NCBI GenBank assembly: GCA_963816235.1
Contig: CAWFKD010000011.1
Span: 11,069-75,068 of the forward strand
Source: an uncultured Alphaproteobacteria bacterium
GTDB taxonomy: Bacteria; Pseudomonadota; Alphaproteobacteria; Dongiales; Dongiaceae
Direction of reading: 5' to 3'
Length of the DNA stretch: 64,000 nt
Below are positions 38,917 through 48,721 of the stretch, piece by piece (position 1 is the first letter of the stretch; every line of letters starts with the position of its first letter). Under the pieces are notes generated by a model that ran no database searches, was not told the origin of the DNA, and worked only from the letters and a program-made list of their open reading frames with translations. The translations under genes were made by a program, and so were the position numbers.

Positions 38917-38927
38917 CTGGCGTCCGC

Positions 38928-39135
38928 GTAACCGATAGCAGAACAGGTACCGGGGCCGTCGCGGAAATCCTGTAACGGACTGTAACAGGCGCCGCCGCTG
39001 AAGCCATCTGTAACAATAAAGCCGTGGCGCGAAATTGCCCCGTTACAGCACATGCTTAGATCAGATGGCGCGGACGGCCGACGAGACAACCCCCGCCTCC
39101 CGATCCGCACCGGCTGCCCTTCGGCGCCAGGTAAC
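38928..39135. promoter_or_regulatory. cluster of six GTAAC/GTTAC boxes including tandem GTAAC-N5-GTAAC (38972-38986)
   Basis: GTAAC occurs at 38928, 38972, 38982, 39010 and 39131, and GTTAC at 39042. The extended core CTGTAAC(G/A) occurs four times. All copies lie in the divergent regulator / small-protein intergenic region. Confidence 0.5.
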
Positions 39136-39160
39136 AGGAGATGAAACGAGGAGAGAGACC

Positions 39161-39433
39161 ATGAACGCAACCAAACTGCTGGGCATCGCTTTGGCGGCTG
39201 CCCTGATGTCGACCGGCGCAATGGCGGCGACGATGACCCCCGCGCAGCAGTGCACGACGCTGCAGAAGCAGTTCGATACGGAAATCGTCAAGCACGGCAC
39301 GTCCGCCAAGGCCGGCGAGGCGAAGACCCTGCGGACCGATGCCGGGAAGCTCTGCAGCTCCGGCAAGGACGCCGATGGCGTCAAGAAGCTCGAACAGGCG
39401 CTCAACGACATCGGCGTGAAGCCGCAGTCGTAA
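39161..39433 (+). CDS. small periplasmic protein (90 aa, 2 Cys), candidate stress-module partner
   Basis: ATG 39161 is preceded by GAGGAGAGAG. Signal peptide MNATKLLGIALAAALMSTGAMA. The mature ~68 aa look helical and Lys/Ala-rich, with CTTLQ and KLCSSG. Confidence 0.6.
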   Translation: MNATKLLGIALAAALMSTGAMAATMTPAQQCTTLQKQFDTEIVKHGTSAKAGEAKTLRTDAGKLCSSGKDADGVKKLEQALNDIGVKPQS

Positions 39434-39519
39434 CCGGGCCGTTCGGGGAGGCCGGAGCGGTCAACCCCCCGACCCCCGCCCGCCGCTCCGGCCTTACCAC
39501 CTGACATCATGACCTGGAG

Positions 39520-41052
39520 ATGAAAATGAACCCTACCTTGACCAACTCTCTGAACCGCGGCGGCGCTGTGCCAACTGGCGCGGCTTCACCGGCTCGTCGA
39601 GCCGGCCGCATCCTGCCGGCCTTCGTCGCTGCTGTGGCGGGCGCCGGATTTCTGTTCAGCTTTTCTGCTGCTCATGCCGAGCTGGCGCCCTCGACTTTCG
39701 CCGATCTCGCGCAGAAGGTGACGCCATCGGTCGTGACGATCTCGTCCTCCCACAAAGTTGAGCGGCAGGCGGAAGGTCCGGACATGCCGTTCCAGTTTCC
39801 CCCGGGATCGCCGTTCGAGGACTTCTTCAAGCATTTCCGCGAGCAGCAGGGGCAGGGCGGCACCGAGCATGTGCGGGCGCTCGGCTCCGGCTTCATCATC
39901 GATTCCACTGGCTATGTCGTGACCAACAACCACGTCGTCGACCAGGCCACCGATATCGAGGTGACGCTGTCGACCGGCAAGGAATATCCGGCCAAGCTGA
40001 TCGGCACCGACGCGAAGACCGATCTGGCGCTGCTGAAGATCAGCGCGCCGCAACCGCTGCCGGTGGTCAGTTTCGGCGACTCCGACAAGCTGCGCATCGG
40101 CGATTGGGTGATGTCCGTGGGCAATCCCTTCGGCCTCGGCGGCACGGTGACCACGGGCGTGCTGTCGGCCCGCGGCCGCGACATCCATTCCGGTCCGTTC
40201 GATGACTTCCTGCAGATCGATGCCGCGATCAACCAGGGCAACTCCGGCGGCCCCACCTTCAATCTCGCCGGCGACGTGGTGGGCATCAACACCGCCATCT
40301 ACTCGCCGAACGGCGGCAGCGTCGGCATCGGCTTTGCCATCCCGGCCAACATGGCGAAACCGGTGATCGCGCAGCTGCGCGAGCATGGCTCGGTTTCCCG
40401 CGGCTGGCTCGGCGTCGGCATCCAGCCGGTCACGCCGGAGATCGCCTCCGCCGTCGGCCTTGCCGACCCCAGCGGCGCTCTTGTCATGAAAGTCGAGCCC
40501 GAGAGCCCGGCAGCGAAGGCCGGCCTGCGCAAGGGCGACGTGATCGTCGGCTTCAACGGCCAGAAGGTCGATGCGCTGCACGATCTGACCCGTCTGGTCG
40601 CCGACACCCGCGCCGGCACCAAGGTCGATATGAAGATCTGGCGCGACAAGAAGGACGAGACGCTGACCGTCGAGATCGCCAAGCTGAAGGCCGAGCGCAT
40701 TGCCAGCGCCGACGATCAGCCCGCGATTGAAGACGGCGCCGATGGCCGCGCGGTGAAGGAGCTGGGTGCGAAGCTGGTGTCGCTGACGCCGGACTTGCGC
40801 CAGCAGCTCGACATCCCCGACGAGGTCACGGGCGTCATGATCACCGATGTCGACAGCGACGGGGCGGCGGCCGAGCAGGGCCTGACCTCCGGCGACATCA
40901 TCGTACAGGTGGGCCAGAAGCCGGTGGCGACGCCGGCCGACGTGGCGAAGATCGTCGATGCGGCGGTCGAGGCCAAGCAGGAGGCGGTGCTCCTGCTGGT
41001 CAACCACCGGGGCGACGAACTCTTCGTCGCGGTAAAGGTCAGCCAAACTTAA
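39520..41052 (+). CDS. degP: DegP/HtrA (Do-family) periplasmic serine protease with two PDZ domains
   Basis: Catalytic triad contexts TNNHVV, TDLALLKI and GNSGGP, followed by two PDZ-like segments. Confidence 0.9.
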   Translation: MKMNPTLTNSLNRGGAVPTGAASPARRAGRILPAFVAAVAGAGFLFSFSAAHAELAPSTFADLAQKVTPSVVTISSSHKVERQAEGPDMPFQFPPGSPFEDFFKHFREQQGQGGTEHVRALGSGFIIDSTGYVVTNNHVVDQATDIEVTLSTGKEYPAKLIGTDAKTDLALLKISAPQPLPVVSFGDSDKLRIGDWVMSVGNPFGLGGTVTTGVLSARGRDIHSGPFDDFLQIDAAINQGNSGGPTFNLAGDVVGINTAIYSPNGGSVGIGFAIPANMAKPVIAQLREHGSVSRGWLGVGIQPVTPEIASAVGLADPSGALVMKVEPESPAAKAGLRKGDVIVGFNGQKVDALHDLTRLVADTRAGTKVDMKIWRDKKDETLTVEIAKLKAERIASADDQPAIEDGADGRAVKELGAKLVSLTPDLRQQLDIPDEVTGVMITDVDSDGAAAEQGLTSGDIIVQVGQKPVATPADVAKIVDAAVEAKQEAVLLLVNHRGDELFVAVKVSQT

Positions 41053-41081
41053 CCCCTAAACCCCGAAGTATGGCTGATCCG

Positions 41082-41134
41082 TCGAGGGGCGCGCCAGGTG
41101 TCCGATTAAATGGACAACTTGGCCGGCCCCTCGA
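41082..41134 (+). terminator. long imperfect hairpin 30 nt after degP stop (candidate terminator)
   Basis: The outer stem is tcgaggggc ... gcccctcga (9 bp). The inner stem is ccaggtgtcc / ggacaacttgg. A T-rich stretch gattttgtt lies 13 nt downstream. Confidence 0.4.
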
Positions 41135-41273
41135 TGCTTCACTAGTGATTTTGTTCCCGCCAGGAGCCTCTGCGCTGTTGTCCACTTCCGGCCGCGGGCA
41201 TGGAACAACTTCGCGCATCCAGCATTTTCAAAAATGAAAGGGGGCGACCGTTGCGGGACGCGTCGCTGTTGGA

Positions 41274-41519
41274 ATGAAGATCACGACACTCGTCACGCTG
41301 CTCGCCTTGGGATTCTTGGCGATTCCCATTCCGGTTGCCGGCTATTTCTACCATCTCTGGAATCTAGACCAGCAGCGCTGGGCGGCAGCTCGCGAGGCAG
41401 CGGAACTGCGCTATGCGCAGGCGATCGAATCGGATTGCCGGTTGGGAAAAATCACCGACAGCACGAAATGCACCAAAGCGCTCATCTACCTGACCGCACA
41501 GGTCGCGGTATCCAATTGA
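41274..41519 (+). CDS. hypothetical small membrane/secreted protein
   Basis: 81-aa ORF with a hydrophobic N-terminus MKITTLVTLLALGFLAIPIPVAG. Weak RBS. It lies in a visibly less GC-rich islet. Confidence 0.3.
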   Translation: MKITTLVTLLALGFLAIPIPVAGYFYHLWNLDQQRWAAAREAAELRYAQAIESDCRLGKITDSTKCTKALIYLTAQVAVSN

Positions 41520-41574
41520 GTTGCAGCATTGTGACCGGCCGCCAGCAGCCGCATGCGACCGCGATTTCCGCGCC

Positions 41575-41808
41575 CTAAGGCAGGTTCGGCGTATCGGTCC
41601 GCCGGACTTCGCTCGGCCGTAGCTGGCCCCGCAAAGCCTGGACTTCTCCGAGAAGGTCCGCGGTCAGCGCCGCCTGGCGGTCCATCCGGTCCTTTATCCC
41701 GAATACGGCAAAGGGCAGGAAAAACCACAGGATCGCGGTGATCAGCAAAAGGACCGCAGCAGCCAAGCTGACATAGTTCTGGATTTCAGGCGTGAATATG
41801 GATTCCAT
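41575..41808 (-). CDS. hypothetical single-TM small protein
   Basis: 77-aa ORF. The ATG is preceded by GAGG at good spacing. TM segment: VSLAAAVLLLITAILWFFLPFAVFGI. Confidence 0.45.
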   Translation of the reverse strand: MESIFTPEIQNYVSLAAAVLLLITAILWFFLPFAVFGIKDRMDRQAALTADLLGEVQALRGQLRPSEVRRTDTPNLP

Positions 41809-41905
41809 GATGCCTCGACATCGTTGGGGGGCCGCGAAATCTGAACACTTGAATTGCTAAAGCGTTCCATCCGCCCCTTAACGCATCCGCGCCAGCGATT
41901 GCCGC

Positions 41906-41929
41906 GGCCGGCATGGCGACATGCCGGCC
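41906..41929. terminator. perfect 10-bp-stem hairpin downstream of bcp
   Basis: The hairpin is ggccggcatg-gcga-catgccggcc. A T-run (gcttttg) follows only on the plus strand. Confidence 0.35.
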
Positions 41930-41952
41930 CGATGCTTTTGCGGGTGTGGAGG

Positions 41953-42438
41953 CTACAACCCCTTCACCGCCTTCAGCACTTCCTCCACATGGCCGGGCAC
42001 CTTGACCTTGCGCCAGATGCCCTGGATCACGCCGTTGCCGTCGATCAGGAAGGTGGCGCGTTCCATGCCCATGTATTTGCGGCCATACATGCTCTTCTCC
42101 ACCCAGGTGCCATAGGCCTCAGAGGTCTTGCCATCGGTATCGCTGCCCAGGACGAAGGGCAGCTCGTACTTCTTCTTGAACTTGTCGTGGCTGGCGACGC
42201 TGTCGCGGGACACGCCGATGACCGCCGCCTTCACCTTCTTGAAGTCCGGCAGGGTGTCGCGGAAGCCGCAGGCCTCCTTGGTGCAACCCGAGGTATCGTC
42301 CTTCGGATAGAAATAGAGCACCACATTCTTGCCCTTGAGATCCGCCAGCGAGACGGAGCCATTGCCGTCGGTCGGCATCTTGAAGTTCGGGGCCTTGTCG
42401 CCGACTTTCAGTTCCTTGCTTGCCATGATCTTTCCCAT
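41953..42438 (-). CDS. bcp: thioredoxin-dependent thiol peroxidase (Bcp peroxiredoxin)
   Basis: LKVGDKAPNF, VVLYFYPKDDTSGCTKEAC (peroxidatic Cys). The start may be the second ATG at 42426. Confidence 0.9.
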   Translation of the reverse strand: MGKIMASKELKVGDKAPNFKMPTDGNGSVSLADLKGKNVVLYFYPKDDTSGCTKEACGFRDTLPDFKKVKAAVIGVSRDSVASHDKFKKKYELPFVLGSDTDGKTSEAYGTWVEKSMYGRKYMGMERATFLIDGNGVIQGIWRKVKVPGHVEEVLKAVKGL

Positions 42439-42440
42439 TC

Positions 42441-45426
42441 CTATTTGCCTGCCGTGGTCTGCCGGAGGGACGGCGTTCCCACGATTTCGATGAAATGCCG
42501 GCGGGTGCGCGCCGCGACCTCGGAGATATTTCGCTCGAGATCGCCGAAGTCAACGGCGCCGCCGGCGGCGACGAGCGAGCGGCGCACACTGTCGGGCCAG
42601 GTCTCGACGGGAGTCGTCGAGCCGACCGTCAGCCTGAGATAGCCCACCAGCTTGTGCCAGAGCCGCAATGTGGCCTGAAGGTCCGCGCCGATCGCCCGCG
42701 GGATGACGCCGGCCGCCGTCGCTCGCTCCAGCGTCTCCAGCGTGCCGGGCACCGCGAGTTCGGGATGCGTGGCGCCATGGCGGAGCTGCAGGTATTGGGC
42801 GAGGAACTCGATGTCGATCAGGCCGCCGGGACAGTATTTCAGGTCCCACAGCCGGTCGCCGGGGAATTGCTGGGCAATGCGGGCGCGCATGTCAGCCACA
42901 TCCTCGGCGACCTTGCGCGGGTCGCGGGGCTGGCAGACGACGGCGCGGATGCTGCTCTCGGCCCGCTCCATGGCAGCGGGCGAACCCGCGACGGCGCGGG
43001 CCCGGGTCAGCGCCATATGCTCCCAGGTCCAGGCGCTCTCGGTCTGGTAGCGCAGGAATCCGCCTGCGGTTGAGGCGATCGGCCCCTGGTTGCCCGACGG
43101 CCGCAGCCGCATATCGACTTCGTAGAGCAGGCCCTCGCCGGTCTGCGCGGTAATGGCATTGATCATCCGCTGCGCCAGCCGGGCGTAGTAGTGCATGGGC
43201 GCCAGCGGCTTGCGGCCATCCGACAGCAGGTCATGCAGGCCCTCGTCGGTATCGCTGCCTTCCGGCACGTCGTAGATGAAGATCAGATCGAGGTCGGAGG
43301 TGAAGGAAAGTTCCCGGCTGCCCAGCTTGCCCAGGCCCACCGTGACCAGCCCGTCGCCCGGCAGCCGGCCATGGACCCGGGCGAATTCCGCCTCCACATG
43401 GGGCTGCAGCTCGGCAATGGCGCAGTCGGCGATATCGGCCAGCGGCCCGCCGGCGGCATCGGCGCCCATCATGCCCCGGAGAATGCGCACGCCCACCTGG
43501 AACTGCCGGTCCTTGGTCCAGCGGCGCACGATCTCCAGCACGTCCTGATAGTCATTGGCCTGATCGAGCTGGACGCGGAGATCGGCGCGCAGATGATCCC
43601 GGTCCGGCATGGCATCGAAGAAGCCCTTCACCAGCACCGCATCCAGCAGGCCGGCGTTTCGGCTGAGATGCTCCGCCAGCCGCGGGGCGCTGCCCATGAT
43701 CTCCGCCAGAAGATCCAGCAGCCCGGGATTGACATAGAGCATGGAGAAAAGCTGCACGCCCGCCGGCAGCCGGCCGAGAAATTCGTCGAACCGGGCGAAG
43801 GCCAGATCCGGATTGACGGTCTTGCACAGCACATCCAGCAGCCGCGGCATGATCTCCGTCAGAAGTTCCCGCGCCCGGGTGCTGCGCATGGCCCGGTAGC
43901 GGCCATGATGCCAGCCGCGGATGACCGTCGATACCGAAGCGCCGTCGGAGAATCCCATCCGCCCCAGCGTCTTCACCGTCTCCGGATCGTTGTCCGTGCC
44001 CGTGAACACCAGATTTCCCGGCCCGCCCAGGGACGGCGCCTCCTCGAACAATTCGGCGTAGTGATCCTCCACATTGCCGAGATGGCGCAGCAGCGTCGTC
44101 GCTGAAGGCCGCGGTCGAGTCGAAGCCGGCAAACAGCGCGAAGGCCTCGAGTTCCGCCGGTATGGTGGGCAGCGTCTGTGTCTGCCGGTCCTCGATCATC
44201 TGCAGCCGGTGCTCGATCACCCGCAGGAAGCGATAGGCGTCGATCATTTCCGCCGCCGTCTCCGGCTTCACCCGTCCGGCGGCCACCAGCGCCTCGATCG
44301 CCGTGCAGGTGGAGGATTGCCGCAGTTCCGGATTGCGCCCGCCCCAGATCAACTGCTGGGTCTGGGCGAAGAATTCGATCTCGCGAATGCCGCCACGGCC
44401 GAGCTTGATGTTATGTCCGGCCACGGCGATGTCCCGGTGGCCTTTCACCGCATGGATCTGCCGCTTGATGGAATGGATGTCCTGGATGGCGGCGAAATCC
44501 AGATGCTTGCGCCAGACGAATGGCCGCAGCCGCTTCAGGAAGGTTTTGCCGGCCTGGATATCGCCGGCGATGGCCCGCGCCTTGATCATCGCCGCCCGTT
44601 CCCAGTTCTGTCCCATGCCTTCGTAGTAGGTTTCCGCGGCCAGTACCGAGAGGGCCAGGGGCGTGGAGGCGGGATCGGGCCGCAGCCGGAGATCCGTGCG
44701 GAACACATAGCCGGCATCGGTCCTCTCCTGCAGGATGCGCAGCAGGTCCCGCGCCAGGCGGACAAAGAAATCCTGGATCGTCCGCTTGCCGGTGTAGCGG
44801 GCTATTTCCGGGTCGTAGAGCAGGATCAGATCGATGTCGCTGGAGTAATTCAGCTCCCGCGCGCCTAGTTTCCCCATGCCCAGAACCACCAGCCCGGAGC
44901 GCTCCAGCGGGTTGTCGCCATGCGCCGGCGCCAGGTCGCCCGCATCGATGCCCCGCTGCAGCAGGTGCCTCGCCGCGCCATTGACCGCGGCGTCGGCAAA
45001 TTCGCTGAGCGCCCCGGTCACCCCCTCCAGCGGCAGAATTCCCATAATATCGGCCAGGGCCACGGTGAGTGCGACACGCCGCCGCGCCTGGCGCAGCGCC
45101 TGCATCAGCCGTCCGGTGTCTTTTTCCGTTGCAGCAGAAGCGTTTACAAACCGCCTCAATTCCTCCAAGACAGGTCCCGGCCCCTGGGCTAGAACCGCCG
45201 GCAGGACATCCCCATCTGAAAGCAGACAGTTGGTCAGGAACGGGCTGTTGCCGAAAATCGATTCCAAAAGCGCCCGGCCGGCCCTGTCTTCCGCCAAGGC
45301 CAACGCGAACGCGGCCAGTTCGCCGTTCGCGCCGTCGCGGGCCCGGTCGCGCCAGCGCTCGAGCCCGAGGGACGCCCGCGCCGGATCGCCCGGCCGGGGC
45401 AGATTTTCGGGCACCGGGGGCGGCAT
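42441..45426 (-). pseudogene. glnE: bifunctional glutamine synthetase adenylyltransferase/adenylyl-removing enzyme GlnE, one extra base at ~44100
   Basis: The N-terminal half (from ATG 45426, MPPPVPENL...) ends ...FAGFDSTAAFS. The C-terminal half continues TTLLRHLGNVEDHYAELFE in the next frame. Both nucleotidyltransferase halves are present. Confidence 0.88.
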
Positions 45427-45520
45427 CAGAGGGTTAGGGAATAATGGCACTCGCTCTACAGGTCCGGCGTCCGGACCGCCTTGCGTCTGAAACCGTCGAT
45501 TCGAAGCAGAAGGTAGCCGG

Positions 45521-48500
45521 TTGATCCGCCGTTCGACAAAGATCTTCATGGAGGTGCTGGCCGCGACGGTGTCGGGCTTCGCCATCCTTGTCCTGCTGCT
45601 GGCCTGGCGCCTCAACCAGGAAGAGCCGCTGCGGCTTGAATCCCTGACGCCCTATCTGGAAACGGCGCTGCAGCCCGGCGACGGCGAATATGAAGTGCAT
45701 ATCGGCGGCACGCGCCTTACCTGGGCCGGCTGGGAGCGCACCTTCGACCTGCGCGCCGACGATGTGCGCGTGGTGGATCCCACCAGCCACCGGGTCGTCG
45801 CGGTCGTTCCCGAGATCTCCATCACCCTGAGCGTCCGCGCCCTGCTGCTGCACGGCACCGTGGCGCCGACCGCCATCGAAGTCTTCCGGCCGCATTTGAC
45901 GATCCTGCGGGAGCTCGATGGCGAGTTCCGCATCCTGCAGGATGAACTGCAGACCGCCAGTTCGGTCGAGACCTCGACGGCGCCGATCCTGCCGGAGTTC
46001 TTCGAGCGCCTGGACAAGGCGGCGGACAAGGATCAGCCGACCGCCTATCTCGATCGCATCGCCATTATCGATGGAGCGCTCAACATCATCGACCGGCGCA
46101 CCGGCATCAATTGGGCGGTGCCCGATGCGGACATCAGCGTGCGGCGCACCGATGCCGGCCTGCAGGGCAATCTGATGATGGCGATCGAACGCCTCGGCAC
46201 GCCGGCGCGTCTGAATGCCGGCATCACCTTCGACGAAGCGACCGGCAGCATCCTTCTCAACGGCACCTTTTCCGACGTTCAGGCCGGACCATTGGCCCTG
46301 ATCGATCCCCGCCTCGCGCTGCTGCGCGGCTTCGTCATGACCTTCAACGGGTCGATCATCACCTCGATTACCGCCGATGGCCGGATCGGCGACAGCCGTC
46401 TGGAGCTGGTCGGGGGCGCTGGCACGGCGATGCTGCTCGGCGAACTCGATGCGCCGCTGAAGATTTCCCAGGCCCGCTTCGTCGGCACGCTGAATTCGAA
46501 CGACGACCGCCTGACTCTCGATGAGGCGACGCTGGTTCTCGATGGCCCGGTGCTCAAGGCGAAGGGCACGCTGACCGCGGCGCAAGAAGGGTTGATGCTG
46601 CAGGATCAATCCGGCTTCGGCCCCGACATGAAGCTCAGTCTCCATGTCCAGGGCAGCAACATTCCGGTCGCGCCGCTGCACCGCTATTGGCCGAAAAATG
46701 CCGGCAAGAACGCCAGGGAATGGGTCACCGAGAACATGACGGCCGGCTTGGTCGAGACGCTCGAAGCCGACATTGCGCTGGACGTGCCCGGTGCCGATTG
46801 GAATCGGGCGGAGATCAGCAATTTCCTCGGCAGCATGAAGGCGACGGATCTCACCATTCACTATCTTCCGCCGATGCCGCCGATCGAGGCGGCCAGCGGT
46901 GTTGCGACATTCACCGAGAAGGAGTTCACGGTGGATTTCGGCGGCGGCACGCTGCAGGGCCTGACGATCACCGGCGGCAAGCTGGTGATCAACGATTTCG
47001 ACAAGCCCGTGCAGATGATCGATGTGCGGGCCCAGGTCACGGGAAAACTGCCGGACACGCTGACGCTCCTGGATCATCCGCGGCTGGGCTACATATCGAG
47101 GCTCGGTCTCGATCCCAAGGCCAGCAAGGGCGAAGTAGTGGCCGAGCTCGGGTTCCGCTTTCCGGCCGAGAAGGACATCACCTTCGATCAGGTAGAGCTG
47201 AGCGCAAACGGCGACATCACCGGCGCCGCTATCGGCAAGGCTCTGCTGGACAAGGATTTCACCGACGGGAATCTCAAGCTCAAGCTGAACCAGAATGAAA
47301 TGAATCTTGCCGGCAAGGGCAACTTCGCGGGCATTCCTATCGACCTGGAGTGGCAGGAGAATTTCACCGGCGGCAAGTTCATTCGCCGCATCACCACCAA
47401 GGGCACGACATCTAGCGAACAGCGCCGCGCGCTGGGATTCGACTACAGTCCGTATATCGACGGGCCCGTCGGTTCCGATATCGTCTACACCGTGCTGCCG
47501 AAGAAGCATGAGACCATAGCCGCCAAGCTCGATCTCGCCGAGAGCTCCATGGCCGTCGATACGGTGCATTGGCGCAAGGAGCCGGGCACGCCGGGTGCGG
47601 CCAGCTTCGAGGTCGACCTGCTGGACGGGCACCTTGCCGCGATCCGTGACATTGCGCTGGCGGCGGGAGATCTGGTGATCGACGGCAACGCCAAATTCAC
47701 CGCCGAAACGGGCGAGCCGGCCAGACTTGAATTCTCCCGCGTCAATATCGGGCGCTCACGCCTGCGCGACGTGACTGCCGATTTCACTCCCGGCTACCCC
47801 GATATCGTCATCGGCGGCGGCGAATTCGATGCGGAATCGCTGCTTGGGACCGACAAAGAGAAAGACAAGGAAGACGAGCCGACGCCGGCCTTCGCATTGC
47901 GGGCCGACCGCCTGGACAAGGTCTTCTTGAAGGAAAAACGGGAGCTGACGGACGTCTCGGTCCAGATGCGTCATGACGCGGAATGGTGGGACCTGATCGA
48001 CCTGAAGGCGATCGTGCCGGCCGGCGGGGCGGTGACGCTGCATTATGGCCCATCCGAGGGCGCTCGCCACATCCTGCATGTGGACTCGGCCGATGCCGGG
48101 GCGGTCCTGGCGGCACTCGGCATTTCCCAATCGGTGCGGGGCGGCAGTCTGCTGATCAATGCCGAAGCCCATGACAACGAACCCCATCGGCCGCTGAAGG
48201 GCGGGGTGCTGATCAAGGACTTCCGCATGGTCGACGCGCCCGTCCTGGCGCGGCTGCTGACCATGGCGACGATCACCGGCTTCGTCGACCTGATGAGTGG
48301 CGACGGATTCCAGTTTGACAAATTCAAGATGCAATTCACCAAGACCGAGGGGCGTCTCGATATCGATCTCGCCAAGGCCACCGGCCCATCGATCGGGCTG
48401 ACCGGCGCCGGCCATGTGGATTTCGACAAGAACCACATGGATATCGCCGGCACGGTGATTCCCGTGAACGCAGTGAACAGCGTGCTCAGCGATATTCCCG

Positions 48501-48703
48501 TGCTCGGCGACATTCTGATTGGCGACGGCATGTTTGCCGTGACCTATGGCGCGGAGGGCGACCTCGACAATCCCGAGATTTCAGTGAATCCCCTCTCGGC
48601 CATCGCGCCGGGCTTCATCAAGGGCCTGTTCGATTACTCGACAGGCGACGAAGAGCCGCCGCCGATCCAGGCCCTGCCGCCGAACGCGAAAAACCAGAAA
48701 TAG
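45521..48703 (+). CDS. large AsmA-like / DUF3971-type (YhdP/TamB-like) envelope protein
   Basis: 1060 aa with a single N-terminal TM, long beta-rich repeats and a C-terminal block ...GTVIPVNAVNSVLSDIPVLGDILIG typical of the AsmA family. It is divergent from glnE. Confidence 0.75.
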   Translation: MIRRSTKIFMEVLAATVSGFAILVLLLAWRLNQEEPLRLESLTPYLETALQPGDGEYEVHIGGTRLTWAGWERTFDLRADDVRVVDPTSHRVVAVVPEISITLSVRALLLHGTVAPTAIEVFRPHLTILRELDGEFRILQDELQTASSVETSTAPILPEFFERLDKAADKDQPTAYLDRIAIIDGALNIIDRRTGINWAVPDADISVRRTDAGLQGNLMMAIERLGTPARLNAGITFDEATGSILLNGTFSDVQAGPLALIDPRLALLRGFVMTFNGSIITSITADGRIGDSRLELVGGAGTAMLLGELDAPLKISQARFVGTLNSNDDRLTLDEATLVLDGPVLKAKGTLTAAQEGLMLQDQSGFGPDMKLSLHVQGSNIPVAPLHRYWPKNAGKNAREWVTENMTAGLVETLEADIALDVPGADWNRAEISNFLGSMKATDLTIHYLPPMPPIEAASGVATFTEKEFTVDFGGGTLQGLTITGGKLVINDFDKPVQMIDVRAQVTGKLPDTLTLLDHPRLGYISRLGLDPKASKGEVVAELGFRFPAEKDITFDQVELSANGDITGAAIGKALLDKDFTDGNLKLKLNQNEMNLAGKGNFAGIPIDLEWQENFTGGKFIRRITTKGTTSSEQRRALGFDYSPYIDGPVGSDIVYTVLPKKHETIAAKLDLAESSMAVDTVHWRKEPGTPGAASFEVDLLDGHLAAIRDIALAAGDLVIDGNAKFTAETGEPARLEFSRVNIGRSRLRDVTADFTPGYPDIVIGGGEFDAESLLGTDKEKDKEDEPTPAFALRADRLDKVFLKEKRELTDVSVQMRHDAEWWDLIDLKAIVPAGGAVTLHYGPSEGARHILHVDSADAGAVLAALGISQSVRGGSLLINAEAHDNEPHRPLKGGVLIKDFRMVDAPVLARLLTMATITGFVDLMSGDGFQFDKFKMQFTKTEGRLDIDLAKATGPSIGLTGAGHVDFDKNHMDIAGTVIPVNAVNSVLSDIPVLGDILIGDGMFAVTYGAEGDLDNPEISVNPLSAIAPGFIKGLFDYSTGDEEPPPIQALPPNAKNQK

Positions 48704-48721
48704 CGGCCCGCCGCCGGGCGT

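Noticed and set aside
39141-39164. 7-codon upstream mini-ORF (MKRGERP) overlapping the ATG of the small periplasmic protein gene
   Set aside because: Its ATG abuts AGGAG with zero spacing, so initiation is unlikely. It is probably a by-product of the purine-rich ribosome-binding region.
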